64,000 nucleotides of DNA from a bacterium (lineage in GTDB: Bacteria; SM23-81; DAOVCL01), in assembly GCA_029932675.1 (NCBI GenBank), contig JAOZPP010000005.1, positions 12,423-76,422 on the forward strand. The letters are read 5' to 3'. Made by a program: the position numbers and the translations under genes. The notes below the pieces were generated by a model. That model searched no databases, had not been told where the DNA came from, and saw only the letters and a program-made list of their open reading frames with translations. This document shows, one piece after another, positions 27,392-36,796 of this stretch. Within the stretch, counting starts at the first letter, position 1. Every line of letters begins with the position of its first letter.

Positions 27392-28173
27392 GTATGGAGA
27401 TCTCCCAATTGGATCATCGGTCTCTCGTGGGGTTCAGTCTGCTGTTTCTGAGGGTCGTAGGGTTGATATTTGCCGCCCCCTTCTTTGGCAATATTGCCAT
27501 CCCCAAGAGGACTAAGGTGGCATTCTCCCTGATCTTAACTGGACTCCTCTTCCCCTTTATCCCCTCATTGGCTGGTGTGCCCACCAGCCCTCTGCCCATA
27601 GCCTTCGCTGTGGCCAAGGAACTCTTGATTGGTATTTGCTTAGGGTTTGCCCTTTATCTACTCTTTGAAGCTGTGGTCTTTTTCGGTCAAATAGTTAGCT
27701 ATCAGATGGGGTTTGCCATCGTCTCCTCCATCGATCCAGAATCCCAACAAAGGGTGCCGATCATCGGTCAGTTCGAGTACCTCCTGGTCCTCCTGGTCTT
27801 CTTAGCCTTAAACGGACACCATCTCCTCCTCTCCGGGCTCTATTCCAGCCTAAGGACAATCCCCTTGGGCAGGGCATCCCTGAGCTCATTGCTCCTCCCC
27901 CAGTTGATAGATTCGATGAAAAACGTCTTCGTCATTGCTCTCAAATTGGGTGCCCCAGTTATAGCTGCATTGCTCTTTGGCGATCTGATAATGGGATTGA
28001 TGGCTCGGGCAATTCCTCAGATGAACGTCTTTATCATTGGTTATCCCATAAGGATCGGAATTGGTTTTCTGGCCTTAGCACTTTGTATCCCCCTTTTAGT
28101 GAGCAACTTACACCAACTCCTCAAGGGGTTAGAAGGGGAGATCATCATCCTGCTCCGGATTTTGGCTCCTTGA
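27388..28173 (+). CDS. fliR: Flagellar export apparatus protein FliR
   Basis: 261 aa polytopic membrane protein, translationally coupled to fliQ, with FliR-like spacing of helices. Confidence 0.85.
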   Translation: MSMEISQLDHRSLVGFSLLFLRVVGLIFAAPFFGNIAIPKRTKVAFSLILTGLLFPFIPSLAGVPTSPLPIAFAVAKELLIGICLGFALYLLFEAVVFFGQIVSYQMGFAIVSSIDPESQQRVPIIGQFEYLLVLLVFLALNGHHLLLSGLYSSLRTIPLGRASLSSLLLPQLIDSMKNVFVIALKLGAPVIAALLFGDLIMGLMARAIPQMNVFIIGYPIRIGIGFLALALCIPLLVSNLHQLLKGLEGEIIILLRILAP

Positions 28174-28296
28174 GTAGGGGTTCAATACAACGATCAATTA
28201 TCAATGGAAAATGACACTTCAGTCTCCATCACATCTTAACTTGCTAATTGTAAATTGATCATTTCTCAGTGATGGAGTGGAGCGGAATGGAGAGAT

Positions 28297-29367
28297 ATGC
28301 CTGAAGATTCCTTCCAAGAGAAGACAGAGAAGGCGACCCCCCGTCGGAGGCAGAAGGCAAGGGAGAAGGGGAATGTAGCTAAAAGCAGTGAGCTGAATTC
28401 GGCCCTTGTTCTTTTGGCTGGTTTGGCTGGTTTGGGATTTTTGGCCGCTGGGATGAGCAGGAGGTTGATGGGCCTGTTCCGCTTCTTCCTCTCGCAGGGT
28501 TTTGCCATCCAGCTCAACCAAGTAAACGTATACGCCTATCTCGTCTTCGTCCTCAAGCAGATCTTCTCCCTTTTGGCCCCTTTTCTCCTGGCTGTGGTTA
28601 TCGCCGGAGTAGCCTCTAACCTAGCCCAGATTGGGTTCCTCTTCACCACTGAACCGCTTAAGCCTAAGTTAGGGACCCTCAATCCGATAACTGGCTTTAA
28701 GAAGCTCTTCTCCCTCAAGGGACTCTTCGAGCTTCCTAAGGCGGTTATTAAACTGGTGATTATTGGGGTAATTAGCTATCTCACTATTAGGGGGAAGCTG
28801 CCCCAGTTCTTCCTCCTCTCCCAGATGGGGCTGGATGCCATCGTGGGGGTCATCGGGAAGATCGCTTTACTCCTCGGATTTCGGGTGTCAGTAGTATTCC
28901 TTATCTTGGCTGTAATTGACTATGCCTTCCAAAAATGGGATTACGAGAAGAGGCTAAGGATGACCAAGGAGGAAGTGAAGGAGGAAAGAAGGCAGCATGA
29001 AGGTGATCCCCTGGTCAAAGCGAGGATAAGGAGTGTGCAGAGGGAACTGGCCAGAAGGAGGATGATGAAGGAGATCCCCAAGGCCGATGTGGTTATCACT
29101 AACCCCACAAGCTTGGCCGTGGCCCTGCGGTATGATCCGGAGAAGATGTCTGCCCCCCAGGTGGTGGCCAAAGGAGCAAGGTTGTTGGCTAAGAAGATTG
29201 TGGAATTGGCCAAGCAACACTCGGTCCCCATTGTGGAGGATAAGAGGCTGGCCAGACTTCTCTATAGAAAGGTGAAGATAGGGGAAGAGATACCCGTGGT
29301 TCTCTATCAAGCAGTAGCAGAGGTGCTCTCCTACATCTATAGGTTGAAGAACAAGCTAATAGACTAA
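28297..29367 (+). CDS. flhB: Flagellar export apparatus switch protein FlhB
   Basis: FQEKTEKATPRRRQKAREKGNVAKS at the N-terminus, four TM segments, and the autocleavage region ADVVITNPTSLAVALRYD (a variant of NPTH). Confidence 0.9.
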   Translation: MPEDSFQEKTEKATPRRRQKAREKGNVAKSSELNSALVLLAGLAGLGFLAAGMSRRLMGLFRFFLSQGFAIQLNQVNVYAYLVFVLKQIFSLLAPFLLAVVIAGVASNLAQIGFLFTTEPLKPKLGTLNPITGFKKLFSLKGLFELPKAVIKLVIIGVISYLTIRGKLPQFFLLSQMGLDAIVGVIGKIALLLGFRVSVVFLILAVIDYAFQKWDYEKRLRMTKEEVKEERRQHEGDPLVKARIRSVQRELARRRMMKEIPKADVVITNPTSLAVALRYDPEKMSAPQVVAKGARLLAKKIVELAKQHSVPIVEDKRLARLLYRKVKIGEEIPVVLYQAVAEVLSYIYRLKNKLID

Positions 29368-29482
29368 TGGTTTACTGGGATTGGGGATCAGCAGTCGAAC
29401 GTTTTCAGCCGTTGCCCTCCTGGCCTCTGCGGTCAGGATGGGGCTCTTACCGTCTAACCTTTAAGGTAGTACCATAAGGCCG

Positions 29483-31564
29483 ATGAAGAGGGAAATTTCA
29501 GAGAACAGTTTCATCTCCGCTCTAGCCAAGAGGGGTGATACCATCGCTGCAATTGGGGTGATTGCGGTCATTACCCTTATCGTCATCCCTATGCCCCCTC
29601 GCCTGATGGATATTCTCCTCACCTTCAACATAACATTCTCCATGATCATCGTCCTGGTCTCAATGTATACCCTCCGGCCCCTCGACTTCTCCGTCTTTCC
29701 CTCCCTCCTTTTGGTGGCCACCCTCTTCAGGCTGGGCCTCAATGTCTCCACCACCAGGCTAATCCTGCTGAAAGCCTATGCAGGGGAAGTAATATTTGCC
29801 TTTGGCAACTTTGTGGTCGGGGGGAATTATGTGGTAGGCGTAGTGATCTTTTTGGTAATTGTGGTCATTCAGTTTGTGGTAATTACCAAAGGGGCTACCA
29901 GAATAGCGGAGGTAGCGGCCAGATTTACCTTGGATGCTATGCCTGGAAAACAGATGGCCATTGATGCAGACCTGAATGCTGGTTTGATCGATGACGAGGA
30001 GGCCAGGCGGCGGAGGGCGGAGATAGCTAAGGAAGCCGATTTCTATGGAGCAATGGATGGAGCCTCCAAGTTCGTGAGAGGAGATGCAATTGCTGGCCTC
30101 ATCATTACCACGATCAACATATTGGGTGGTTTAGTTATCGGGGTGTTCCAGAGGGGGATGAACCTCCCCACGGCCCTCCATACCTATACCCTCCTTACAG
30201 TTGGCGATGGATTGGTAGCTCAGATCCCTGCCTTAATCGTCTCCACTGCAGCAGGGATAATTGTCACCCGGGCGGCGGCAGAGGCCGATATGGGTGCGGA
30301 TATAATTAAACAGTTATTGGTGCAGCCTAGGGCAATTGCCCTCGTTGCTGTAACCTTGCTTTTCTGTGGTTTAGTTCCTGGTTTGCCTACTGTGCCCTTC
30401 TTCGCCCTTTCCGCTGCCGCAGGGGGTGTGGCTTATCTCACTAGACAGGCCCAAAGGAGGGCCGAGGAAGAGCCACCTTTAGAGGCCAAGGAGCAACCGA
30501 AGAGGGAGGGAATGGAGGATATCAAGCAACTGCTCCATATAGATCCAATGGAATTGGAGATCGGCTATGGACTTATCCCCTTGGTAGATAGGGAGCAAGG
30601 TGGGGATCTTCTGGATCGGATATCAATGCTTCGCCGTCGCTCCGCTCTGGAGCTGGGGATTATCGTTCCTCCTATTAGAATTAGGGATAACGTCTCCCTT
30701 GAACCTGACGCATATCTGATCAAGATAAAGGGAACTGAGGTAACTAAGGGGAAGCTAAAGGGGAACTGTTACCTGGCGATGAACCCAGGTCTGGCAAAGG
30801 AGGGGATCGAGGGAACCCCCACCTCCGAGCCGGTCTTTGGCCTCCCCGCCTATTGGATAGACCCCTCCCAGAAGGGGAAGGCGGAGAGGGCCGGTTACAC
30901 AGTAGTAGAACCCCCAGCGGTGGTGGCTACCCATCTCTCCGAGGTGATTAGGTCTCATGCCGATGAACTTCTTGGCCGCCAGGATGTGCAAAATCTGATA
31001 GATGGAATAAAGGAGAGCCATCCGGCCGTGGTGGAGGAGCTGATTCCCAAGGTAATGGGGATAGGAGGGGTGCAAAAGGTCCTTCAAAGGTTACTCAAGG
31101 AGAGGATAAGCATCAGGGATCTCGTGACTATACTGGAGACCTTGGCCGACTATGGGCCAATGGTCAGGGATATAGACCAACTGACCGAATATGTGAGGCA
31201 AGCCCTCTCCCGCTCCATCTGTAAACAGTTCTCCAATGAGAAAGGGGAGATAAACTGTCTTACCCTTGATCCCAAGTTAGAGCAAATACTTTCTGACTCT
31301 ATTAAACGGTCGGAGACTGGGGCAACCCTAGCCTTGGAACCTGGGCTCGTGCGGCGGCTCTTTGACAGCATCTCTGCTAAACTGGAGAAGTTTGCCCCGC
31401 TCAATCAACAGCCCGTGATCCTCTGTCCAGCCAGTATTAGGGTACACCTCCGCAGGTTGGTGGAAGGGGTTCTCCCTAACCTCGTCGTCCTCTCCTATAA
31501 GGAGATTGCCCCACCCACAAAGATTAACTCTATTGGGATGATCGGATTGGAAGATGAGAGTTAA
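29483..31564 (+). CDS. flhA: Flagellar export apparatus protein FlhA
   Basis: 693 aa. Eight TM N-domain with the FHIPEP region (GDGLVAQIPALIVSTAAGIIVTR) and a cytoplasmic C-domain. Confidence 0.9.
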   Translation: MKREISENSFISALAKRGDTIAAIGVIAVITLIVIPMPPRLMDILLTFNITFSMIIVLVSMYTLRPLDFSVFPSLLLVATLFRLGLNVSTTRLILLKAYAGEVIFAFGNFVVGGNYVVGVVIFLVIVVIQFVVITKGATRIAEVAARFTLDAMPGKQMAIDADLNAGLIDDEEARRRRAEIAKEADFYGAMDGASKFVRGDAIAGLIITTINILGGLVIGVFQRGMNLPTALHTYTLLTVGDGLVAQIPALIVSTAAGIIVTRAAAEADMGADIIKQLLVQPRAIALVAVTLLFCGLVPGLPTVPFFALSAAAGGVAYLTRQAQRRAEEEPPLEAKEQPKREGMEDIKQLLHIDPMELEIGYGLIPLVDREQGGDLLDRISMLRRRSALELGIIVPPIRIRDNVSLEPDAYLIKIKGTEVTKGKLKGNCYLAMNPGLAKEGIEGTPTSEPVFGLPAYWIDPSQKGKAERAGYTVVEPPAVVATHLSEVIRSHADELLGRQDVQNLIDGIKESHPAVVEELIPKVMGIGGVQKVLQRLLKERISIRDLVTILETLADYGPMVRDIDQLTEYVRQALSRSICKQFSNEKGEINCLTLDPKLEQILSDSIKRSETGATLALEPGLVRRLFDSISAKLEKFAPLNQQPVILCPASIRVHLRRLVEGVLPNLVVLSYKEIAPPTKINSIGMIGLEDES

Positions 31565-32597
31565 GGTGTTTTCTGCCCCTTCAATGAAGGAGGCCTTAGA
31601 GAGGATTAAGAGGGAGCTTGGTCCTCAAGCTATTATTCTGAAGACCGAAGAGTTCAGGAACAAGGTGGAGATAACAGCAGCCACCGATGTAGACTACCCT
31701 CCTCTGGAGAGGAGCCAAAGCAACGCTAAGGGGATATGGGATACCTTAGACCAGATAAGGGAAAAGGTGGACTCCATCTCCCAACTATTGAGCACATCAC
31801 CTCTCCTCAGTGACTCTCCTCTCTCCAAGCTATTCCTTGAGCTTTTGGGTCGCAGAATAGGGGAAGAGGTCTCTCTGAAGGTGGTCAACGATCTCAGAAG
31901 GGATGATCCTCCGTCACAGGGGGGTTGGGAGGAGTTAAAGGGTAAGGCGCTCTCCCATCTGAGCCTCCTCCTCCCTTCAGAGGGGATCAGGGAGAGCCCC
32001 AAAGGTCCAACCGTCGTAGCCTTAATCGGCCCAACCGGGGTAGGAAAGACTACCACAGCCTCTAAGCTGGCTGCTCAATTCTCCCTTTTGAAAAAGAAAA
32101 AGGTGGCCTTGTTGAGTATAGACAACTTCCGTCCCGCAGCAGGGGAAGAGTTGGAGGAAGTTGCTCAAACCTTAGATATTCCCTTCCAGGTTACCAAGAC
32201 ACCGGAGGGGATGAGGAAAACCATGAGGGATTTCCGGGATCGGGATTTTGTTTTCGTTGATACTGCTGGCCATAGCTATAGGGATGGAGAGCAGATCTTT
32301 GAGCTAAGGAATTTTTTTAAGCATTATCCACCTACTGAAACCCATCTCGTCCTCTCCACAACCACGAAGCCGGAGGATAACCTGGAGGCGTGGAGGAGAT
32401 TTCGTTCCATCCCTATACAGAAGCTTCTCTTCACCAAGCTCGACGAAACCCTCTCCCCAGGAGGAATGGTAGAAATCATCGTCAAGACAAAAAGACCTGT
32501 TTCCTACCTCACTAATGGGCAGAGGATACCAGAGGATATATGGGAAGTGGAGAGCAGAGCTTTGGCCGAGATAGTCATGGGAGAGAGGACCTTATGA
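31554..32597 (+). CDS. flhF: Flagellar biosynthesis GTPase FlhF (SRP-type)
   Basis: G1 motif ALIGPTGVGKTTTASKLAA, DTAG, and SRP54-like NG domain organisation. Confidence 0.85.
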   Translation: MRVKVFSAPSMKEALERIKRELGPQAIILKTEEFRNKVEITAATDVDYPPLERSQSNAKGIWDTLDQIREKVDSISQLLSTSPLLSDSPLSKLFLELLGRRIGEEVSLKVVNDLRRDDPPSQGGWEELKGKALSHLSLLLPSEGIRESPKGPTVVALIGPTGVGKTTTASKLAAQFSLLKKKKVALLSIDNFRPAAGEELEEVAQTLDIPFQVTKTPEGMRKTMRDFRDRDFVFVDTAGHSYRDGEQIFELRNFFKHYPPTETHLVLSTTTKPEDNLEAWRRFRSIPIQKLLFTKLDETLSPGGMVEIIVKTKRPVSYLTNGQRIPEDIWEVESRALAEIVMGERTL

Positions 32598-33379
32598 AAA
32601 AGAACCCTTATATGATAAGCTTTCCCAGTGGAAAGGGAGGAGTGGGGAAGACCAACATTGTAGCTAGTTTAGCAGTTGCCCTTTCTCAAAGGGGAAAGAA
32701 GGTAGTGGTCTTGGATGGGGATCTAAGCTTGGCCAATGTAGATCTCCTTTTCGGGGTGAACCCTTCCTTTACCCTGCAACATGTTCTTTTGGGGGAGAAG
32801 GAGTTGTCCGAGATCTTGGTAGAAGGTCCCCCAGGGGTGAGGATCATTCCGGCTAGTTCCGGGGTGGACGAACTCTCCCAGTTAAGGGAGGGGGAGAGGA
32901 GGAGGTTAATCAGAGAGTTCAAGCTTGTGGGGCGAGACGCTGATTTTCTCCTTATAGATACCCCCCCAGGTCTTACCCCCAATGTAATGGACTTTGTTTT
33001 AACCTCGGATCTGGCCGTCGTGGTCACCACACCGGAGGTTACCTCTATAACAGATGCCTACGCCACAATTAAGGCTATCTCGTTGCGGAGACCAACTAAG
33101 CAACTGCCCGTAGTGGTGAATATGGCCGGTGGGGAGGGGGAGGCATTTGAGATTATAGAGAGGATAGGGTTGGTGGCGGCCAGGTTTCTTCAGGTTGAAG
33201 TGAGGGGTTTAGGTTTTATCCCCTCTGACCAATCTGTTCCCCAAGCTGTTGCTGAGCAAAAGCCCTTTTATTTGGCCTTTCCCCACTCACCAGCTTCCCA
33301 GGGGGTAGCCTCCCTTGCCCAAAAATTGATGCAAGCTGACCGATCTGTAAATGGACCAGGTAATCAACAGATTAGCTAA
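32594..33379 (+). CDS. flhG: Flagellar number/placement regulator FlhG (MinD-like ATPase, FleN/YlxH)
   Basis: The ATG at 32594 overlaps the flhF stop (ATGA). Deviant Walker A SGKGGVGKT. The ORF-track upstream extension is unlikely. Confidence 0.85.
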   Translation: MKKNPYMISFPSGKGGVGKTNIVASLAVALSQRGKKVVVLDGDLSLANVDLLFGVNPSFTLQHVLLGEKELSEILVEGPPGVRIIPASSGVDELSQLREGERRRLIREFKLVGRDADFLLIDTPPGLTPNVMDFVLTSDLAVVVTTPEVTSITDAYATIKAISLRRPTKQLPVVVNMAGGEGEAFEIIERIGLVAARFLQVEVRGLGFIPSDQSVPQAVAEQKPFYLAFPHSPASQGVASLAQKLMQADRSVNGPGNQQIS

Positions 33380-33584
33380 AGCCCTTGCTTTTACCTTAGC
33401 TGGAGTCACTGCCTTGAGCGGTCTTCTGTTTGGTGTGGGAGCGGGAAGGATATTAATCCGCACCCTCGCTGTTTATCTCTTTTTCCTCTATGAGATCAGA
33501 TTTTTGGGAAAGATAATAGGAAAGATTTTGGTCTCTGCGTTGGCCGAGGAGGAGGCCCCCCCAGAGGAGGAAGTTCGGGGTTAA
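33351..33584 (+). CDS. Hypothetical small membrane protein (77 aa) between flhG and fliA
   Basis: Two predicted hydrophobic helices and an acidic tail. It overlaps the flhG end by 29 nt. Only ORF and hydropathy evidence support it. Confidence 0.3.
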   Translation: MDQVINRLAKALAFTLAGVTALSGLLFGVGAGRILIRTLAVYLFFLYEIRFLGKIIGKILVSALAEEEAPPEEEVRG

Positions 33585-33590
33585 AAAAAG

Positions 33591-34334
33591 ATGGATAACT
33601 CTGAAAAGGAAAAGTTGCTCTTAGAATATGCCTCATTGGTTAAGTATGTCGTTAACCGGATGTTGATCAGTATCCCTCCCTGTCTGGAGAAGGAAGATCT
33701 GATCAGTGTGGGGACGATTGGGTTGTTGGAGGCAATCGAGAAGTATGATTCCCAAAAGGGGATAAACTTTGAGACCTATGCCATTCACCGGATAAAGGGA
33801 GCGATATTGGATGAGTTGAGGTCGGTCAACTGGGCTCCCAGAACCGCCTTGGAAAGGGCCAGGGAGTTGGAAAGGGTCTACCGCAGACTCGAGCAGAAGC
33901 TGGGGAGAACGGCTACAGATGAGGAGGTAGCTGGGGAGATGGGGATTACTATGGAGGAATTCTACCAGAGATTAGATGAGGCAAGAGGGATCTCTCCACT
34001 CTCCTTGGAGCAGTTTCAATACTCCCCCAATGGAGGAGGAGAGGTAACCCTCTTAGATAGCTTAAGCAGTAATTTACCTTCACCCTTAACGGATACCGAG
34101 AGGGTGGAACTCAGGGAGACTATTGCTAAAGCCCTCAACTCCTTACCTGAGAAGGAAAGGATGGTAATGACCTTATACTATTATGAGGGCTTGACCCTCA
34201 AGGAGATTGGGAAGGTCCTTCATCTGTCTGAACCCAGGGTCTGCCAAATCCATACCAAGGTGATCATTAACCTCCGGGTAAAGTTAAGAAAACTCATAGA
34301 ACCTGAGGTTTCTTTAAGGAGAGATATTATCTGA
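33591..34334 (+). CDS. fliA: Flagellar sigma factor FliA (sigma-28 / SigD / WhiG family)
   Basis: Region 2 is YAIHRIKGAILDELR, and region 4 (helix-turn-helix) is LTLKEIGKVLHLSEPRVCQIHTKVIINLR. Confidence 0.9.
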   Translation: MDNSEKEKLLLEYASLVKYVVNRMLISIPPCLEKEDLISVGTIGLLEAIEKYDSQKGINFETYAIHRIKGAILDELRSVNWAPRTALERARELERVYRRLEQKLGRTATDEEVAGEMGITMEEFYQRLDEARGISPLSLEQFQYSPNGGGEVTLLDSLSSNLPSPLTDTERVELRETIAKALNSLPEKERMVMTLYYYEGLTLKEIGKVLHLSEPRVCQIHTKVIINLRVKLRKLIEPEVSLRRDII

Positions 34335-34405
34335 AAGGGATAATTTATCACCCCCTTTCAGATAATATCTTAACGGAAGGTAGTTGAAGTAACTTTACGC
34401 TCTGT

Positions 34406-34702
34406 TTGTTATTCAGGCGTTTAGCTCAGAGTGAGATGCCAGAATCGATAAATTTCCCCCGCGGTCTTCCTGAACCAGGAAACATTGACCGAGTGCATGG
34501 TGTAGGACATCAATCCAGTGAGTCGGAGAAGAGGAAGTTCGCCCGGCTCTTGGAAAAGGAGGAAGGTAAAGGGGAGGAGGAGAAGAAGGAGGAACAGGGG
34601 GAAAGGGAGATGCCTTCCCCAGCTTCTGGGAAGGAGAGCTCCTCCCCCAAGGAGAAGCCTTCCCCAAATGGACGAGGTAGGTTCATAGATGTGACCATTT
34701 GA
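34406..34702 (+). CDS. Hypothetical charged/disordered small protein downstream of fliA (start uncertain; TTG 34406 or ATG 34436)
   Basis: Its stop overlaps the start of the next gene (TGATG), suggesting translational coupling. The sequence is Lys/Glu/Ser-rich with no recognisable domain. Confidence 0.3.
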   Translation: MLFRRLAQSEMPESINFPRGLPEPGNIDRVHGVGHQSSESEKRKFARLLEKEEGKGEEEKKEEQGEREMPSPASGKESSSPKEKPSPNGRGRFIDVTI

Positions 34703-35838
34703 TGAAGAAGAGTGAGAGGGTAAAAGATAAGCCTTTATTCTATATAACTTCTCCGTCTGCAGGATCTTTCCTTTCTGGTCTAAAGCCGGGCAGGGTGGTC
34801 AGGGGAAGGGTAGTGCAGCTTCTTCCCCCTGATAAGGCCATAGTGAGGATAAGGGGATTCCACCTTTTAGCCGAGAATCGCGGGGGACTGAAGGAGAAAG
34901 AGCGCTTTGAAGCATCTGTAGATAGGGTTGGGCCTCCGTTGACCTTAACCCTTTTGGTAGAGGAGGAGTCTATCTCTAAAAAACTGAAGGAGATAGGTAT
35001 CAAGCCTACTCGGTTCAATAGAACCTTAGCTCAAGCCCTCCTCTCCCACCACCTTCCTTTGAACAGGAAGGGGTTTGAAGACCTTCTCTCCCTCTGGGAG
35101 GGAATCTCCTCACTCTTTGGCGGAAGGGAGCCCCCGGAGAGGCTTTGGATTGCTCTTCTTTTAAAGAAGATGCGAATCCCTCCTACCTCCAAGCTGTTTA
35201 CTCTTCTTCAGGAGGAGGACTTCCTTATTGGGGAGAAATTGAGGAAGATAATCCATCACTTTCCTCGGCTTGACAAGGCTATAAGCCAACTTGTCCCCCG
35301 TCTCGACGACCCCGAGCTTCCCATCAGGCTAAAGCAATTCCCTCAGGAGATGGAGATGTTCTTGATGGAAGTTTCCTCCTTTATGAGGCGGATTCCCCCC
35401 CAGGATTGCCGTTGGCTAAGAGAGAGTAACGAGGAAATTGAGTATATCAGGAAGTTGGAACTCCTCCTTGCCCACTCCCAGGAGATAACCTATAGGCAGA
35501 TACCAATCGAGGAGGAAGATAAGTTCCGGACCTTACAGGTAAAGTTCGAACGAAGGAGTAATTCAGATTGGCTGCGGATCTCAGGGGAATTCAGAGCTAT
35601 GGGAAGGGTTGAACTGGAGGTCCTTCTTTTAGATGGAGAGAAAGTTCTCCTAAGGGTCTGGGTTGAGCGGGAGGAAGTGGGTTCTCTCTTTGAGAAGGGG
35701 CTACCCCATCTGGAGGAGAGGTTAGGGGCCTTAGGGTTACAACTGACTACCCCCCTTATTTGGCAGAAGAAGATTACCCTCTCTCCTCTTTTCTTCCTCG
35801 GTTCCCCCTGGGAGGGGGAGATAGACATCAGGGGATGA
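34702..35838 (+). CDS. Hypothetical protein with FliK-like (Flg_hook-type) C-terminal segment; second hook-length-control-like protein
   Basis: C-terminus GRVELEVLLLDGEKVLLRVWVEREEVGSLFEKGLPHLEERLGALGL follows the FliK C-domain pattern. N-terminus GRVVRGRVVQLLPPDKAIVRIRGFHLLAE is also FliK N-like. Confidence 0.45.
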   Translation: MKKSERVKDKPLFYITSPSAGSFLSGLKPGRVVRGRVVQLLPPDKAIVRIRGFHLLAENRGGLKEKERFEASVDRVGPPLTLTLLVEEESISKKLKEIGIKPTRFNRTLAQALLSHHLPLNRKGFEDLLSLWEGISSLFGGREPPERLWIALLLKKMRIPPTSKLFTLLQEEDFLIGEKLRKIIHHFPRLDKAISQLVPRLDDPELPIRLKQFPQEMEMFLMEVSSFMRRIPPQDCRWLRESNEEIEYIRKLELLLAHSQEITYRQIPIEEEDKFRTLQVKFERRSNSDWLRISGEFRAMGRVELEVLLLDGEKVLLRVWVEREEVGSLFEKGLPHLEERLGALGLQLTTPLIWQKKITLSPLFFLGSPWEGEIDIRG

Positions 35839-35935
35839 AAGATAATCGATATGGAAGAAGAAACTATTCTCTATAGGCTTGCTGCTGAACTCATTAGCTA
35901 TCTTTACTCTTTAGGCTCTTCTCAGAGGAAGGAAG

Positions 35936-36796
35936 ATGAAAGGGACTGACCTAAAGGTCATCTCAGGTGATGTTAACCAGATGAGTGGAGAACTAATCTG
36001 TGAGGGTTCCCTTAAGGTGGAGGGGGGGGTGTGCAGTGGGCAACGATTGAGGGTTGCCGGGAACCTTTTGGTGGAAGGGGATATTGAGGATGCTGAGGTA
36101 GAGGTTAAGGGCAAGCTCATCGTCCAGGGGGCGATTACCGGTGATGGTAAGGGCCTGATCACCGCCTATGGGGATATAGAGGCTAAGTATATTAACCGTC
36201 AGACGGTGATGAGTCACTCCTCAGTGAAGGCCAAAGAAGAGATTAGGTATGCTACCGTAAAGGCTGACCAAAGAGTAGTAGTCACCCAAGGGAGGGGTTG
36301 GATAGTGGGGGGGACGGTGACCGCGGGAAAGGAGGTGAGGGCAAGGAATATCGGCAGCCGATATGCCACTCCTACCATTATTAAGGTTGGCCTCGCCCCA
36401 GAGGTATGGGATAAATTGGATGGCTTGAGGAAGAGGATCTATATGAAAGAGAAGATAAGATCTCAGATGGGAAGGGAATTGGCATATCTGCAAGGACTTA
36501 GGGAAAGAGAGGGAGGACTTCCCCCCAAGAAGGAGGAGATCTTCCAGGAGATTGATTTTCTCCATGGGATCTATGGGGATCAACTGAAGAAGATGAGGGA
36601 GGAGTGGGAATTTCTGGAAGAGCACTTGAAGGAGTTAAAAGTGGGGGTAGTCATAGTGGAAGATGTGATTTTCCCTGGTGTAGTCATCAATATTTTGAAC
36701 TCCTGTCGCAAGATAGCGGAGGTGAAAACAGGCGTGGTGTTCAAGAAGGATAAAGATGAGGTAATCGACCTTCCCTTCTCCTCCAAGAAGAGATAG
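35936..36796 (+). CDS. FapA / DUF342-like beta-helix protein (flagellar assembly protein A family) with C-terminal coiled coil
   Basis: Repeating VxGxLxVxGDI...VxGKLIVQGAITGDG... beta-helix units, then a helical region. DUF342 genes are commonly linked to flagellar loci. Confidence 0.45.
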   Translation: MKGTDLKVISGDVNQMSGELICEGSLKVEGGVCSGQRLRVAGNLLVEGDIEDAEVEVKGKLIVQGAITGDGKGLITAYGDIEAKYINRQTVMSHSSVKAKEEIRYATVKADQRVVVTQGRGWIVGGTVTAGKEVRARNIGSRYATPTIIKVGLAPEVWDKLDGLRKRIYMKEKIRSQMGRELAYLQGLREREGGLPPKKEEIFQEIDFLHGIYGDQLKKMREEWEFLEEHLKELKVGVVIVEDVIFPGVVINILNSCRKIAEVKTGVVFKKDKDEVIDLPFSSKKR

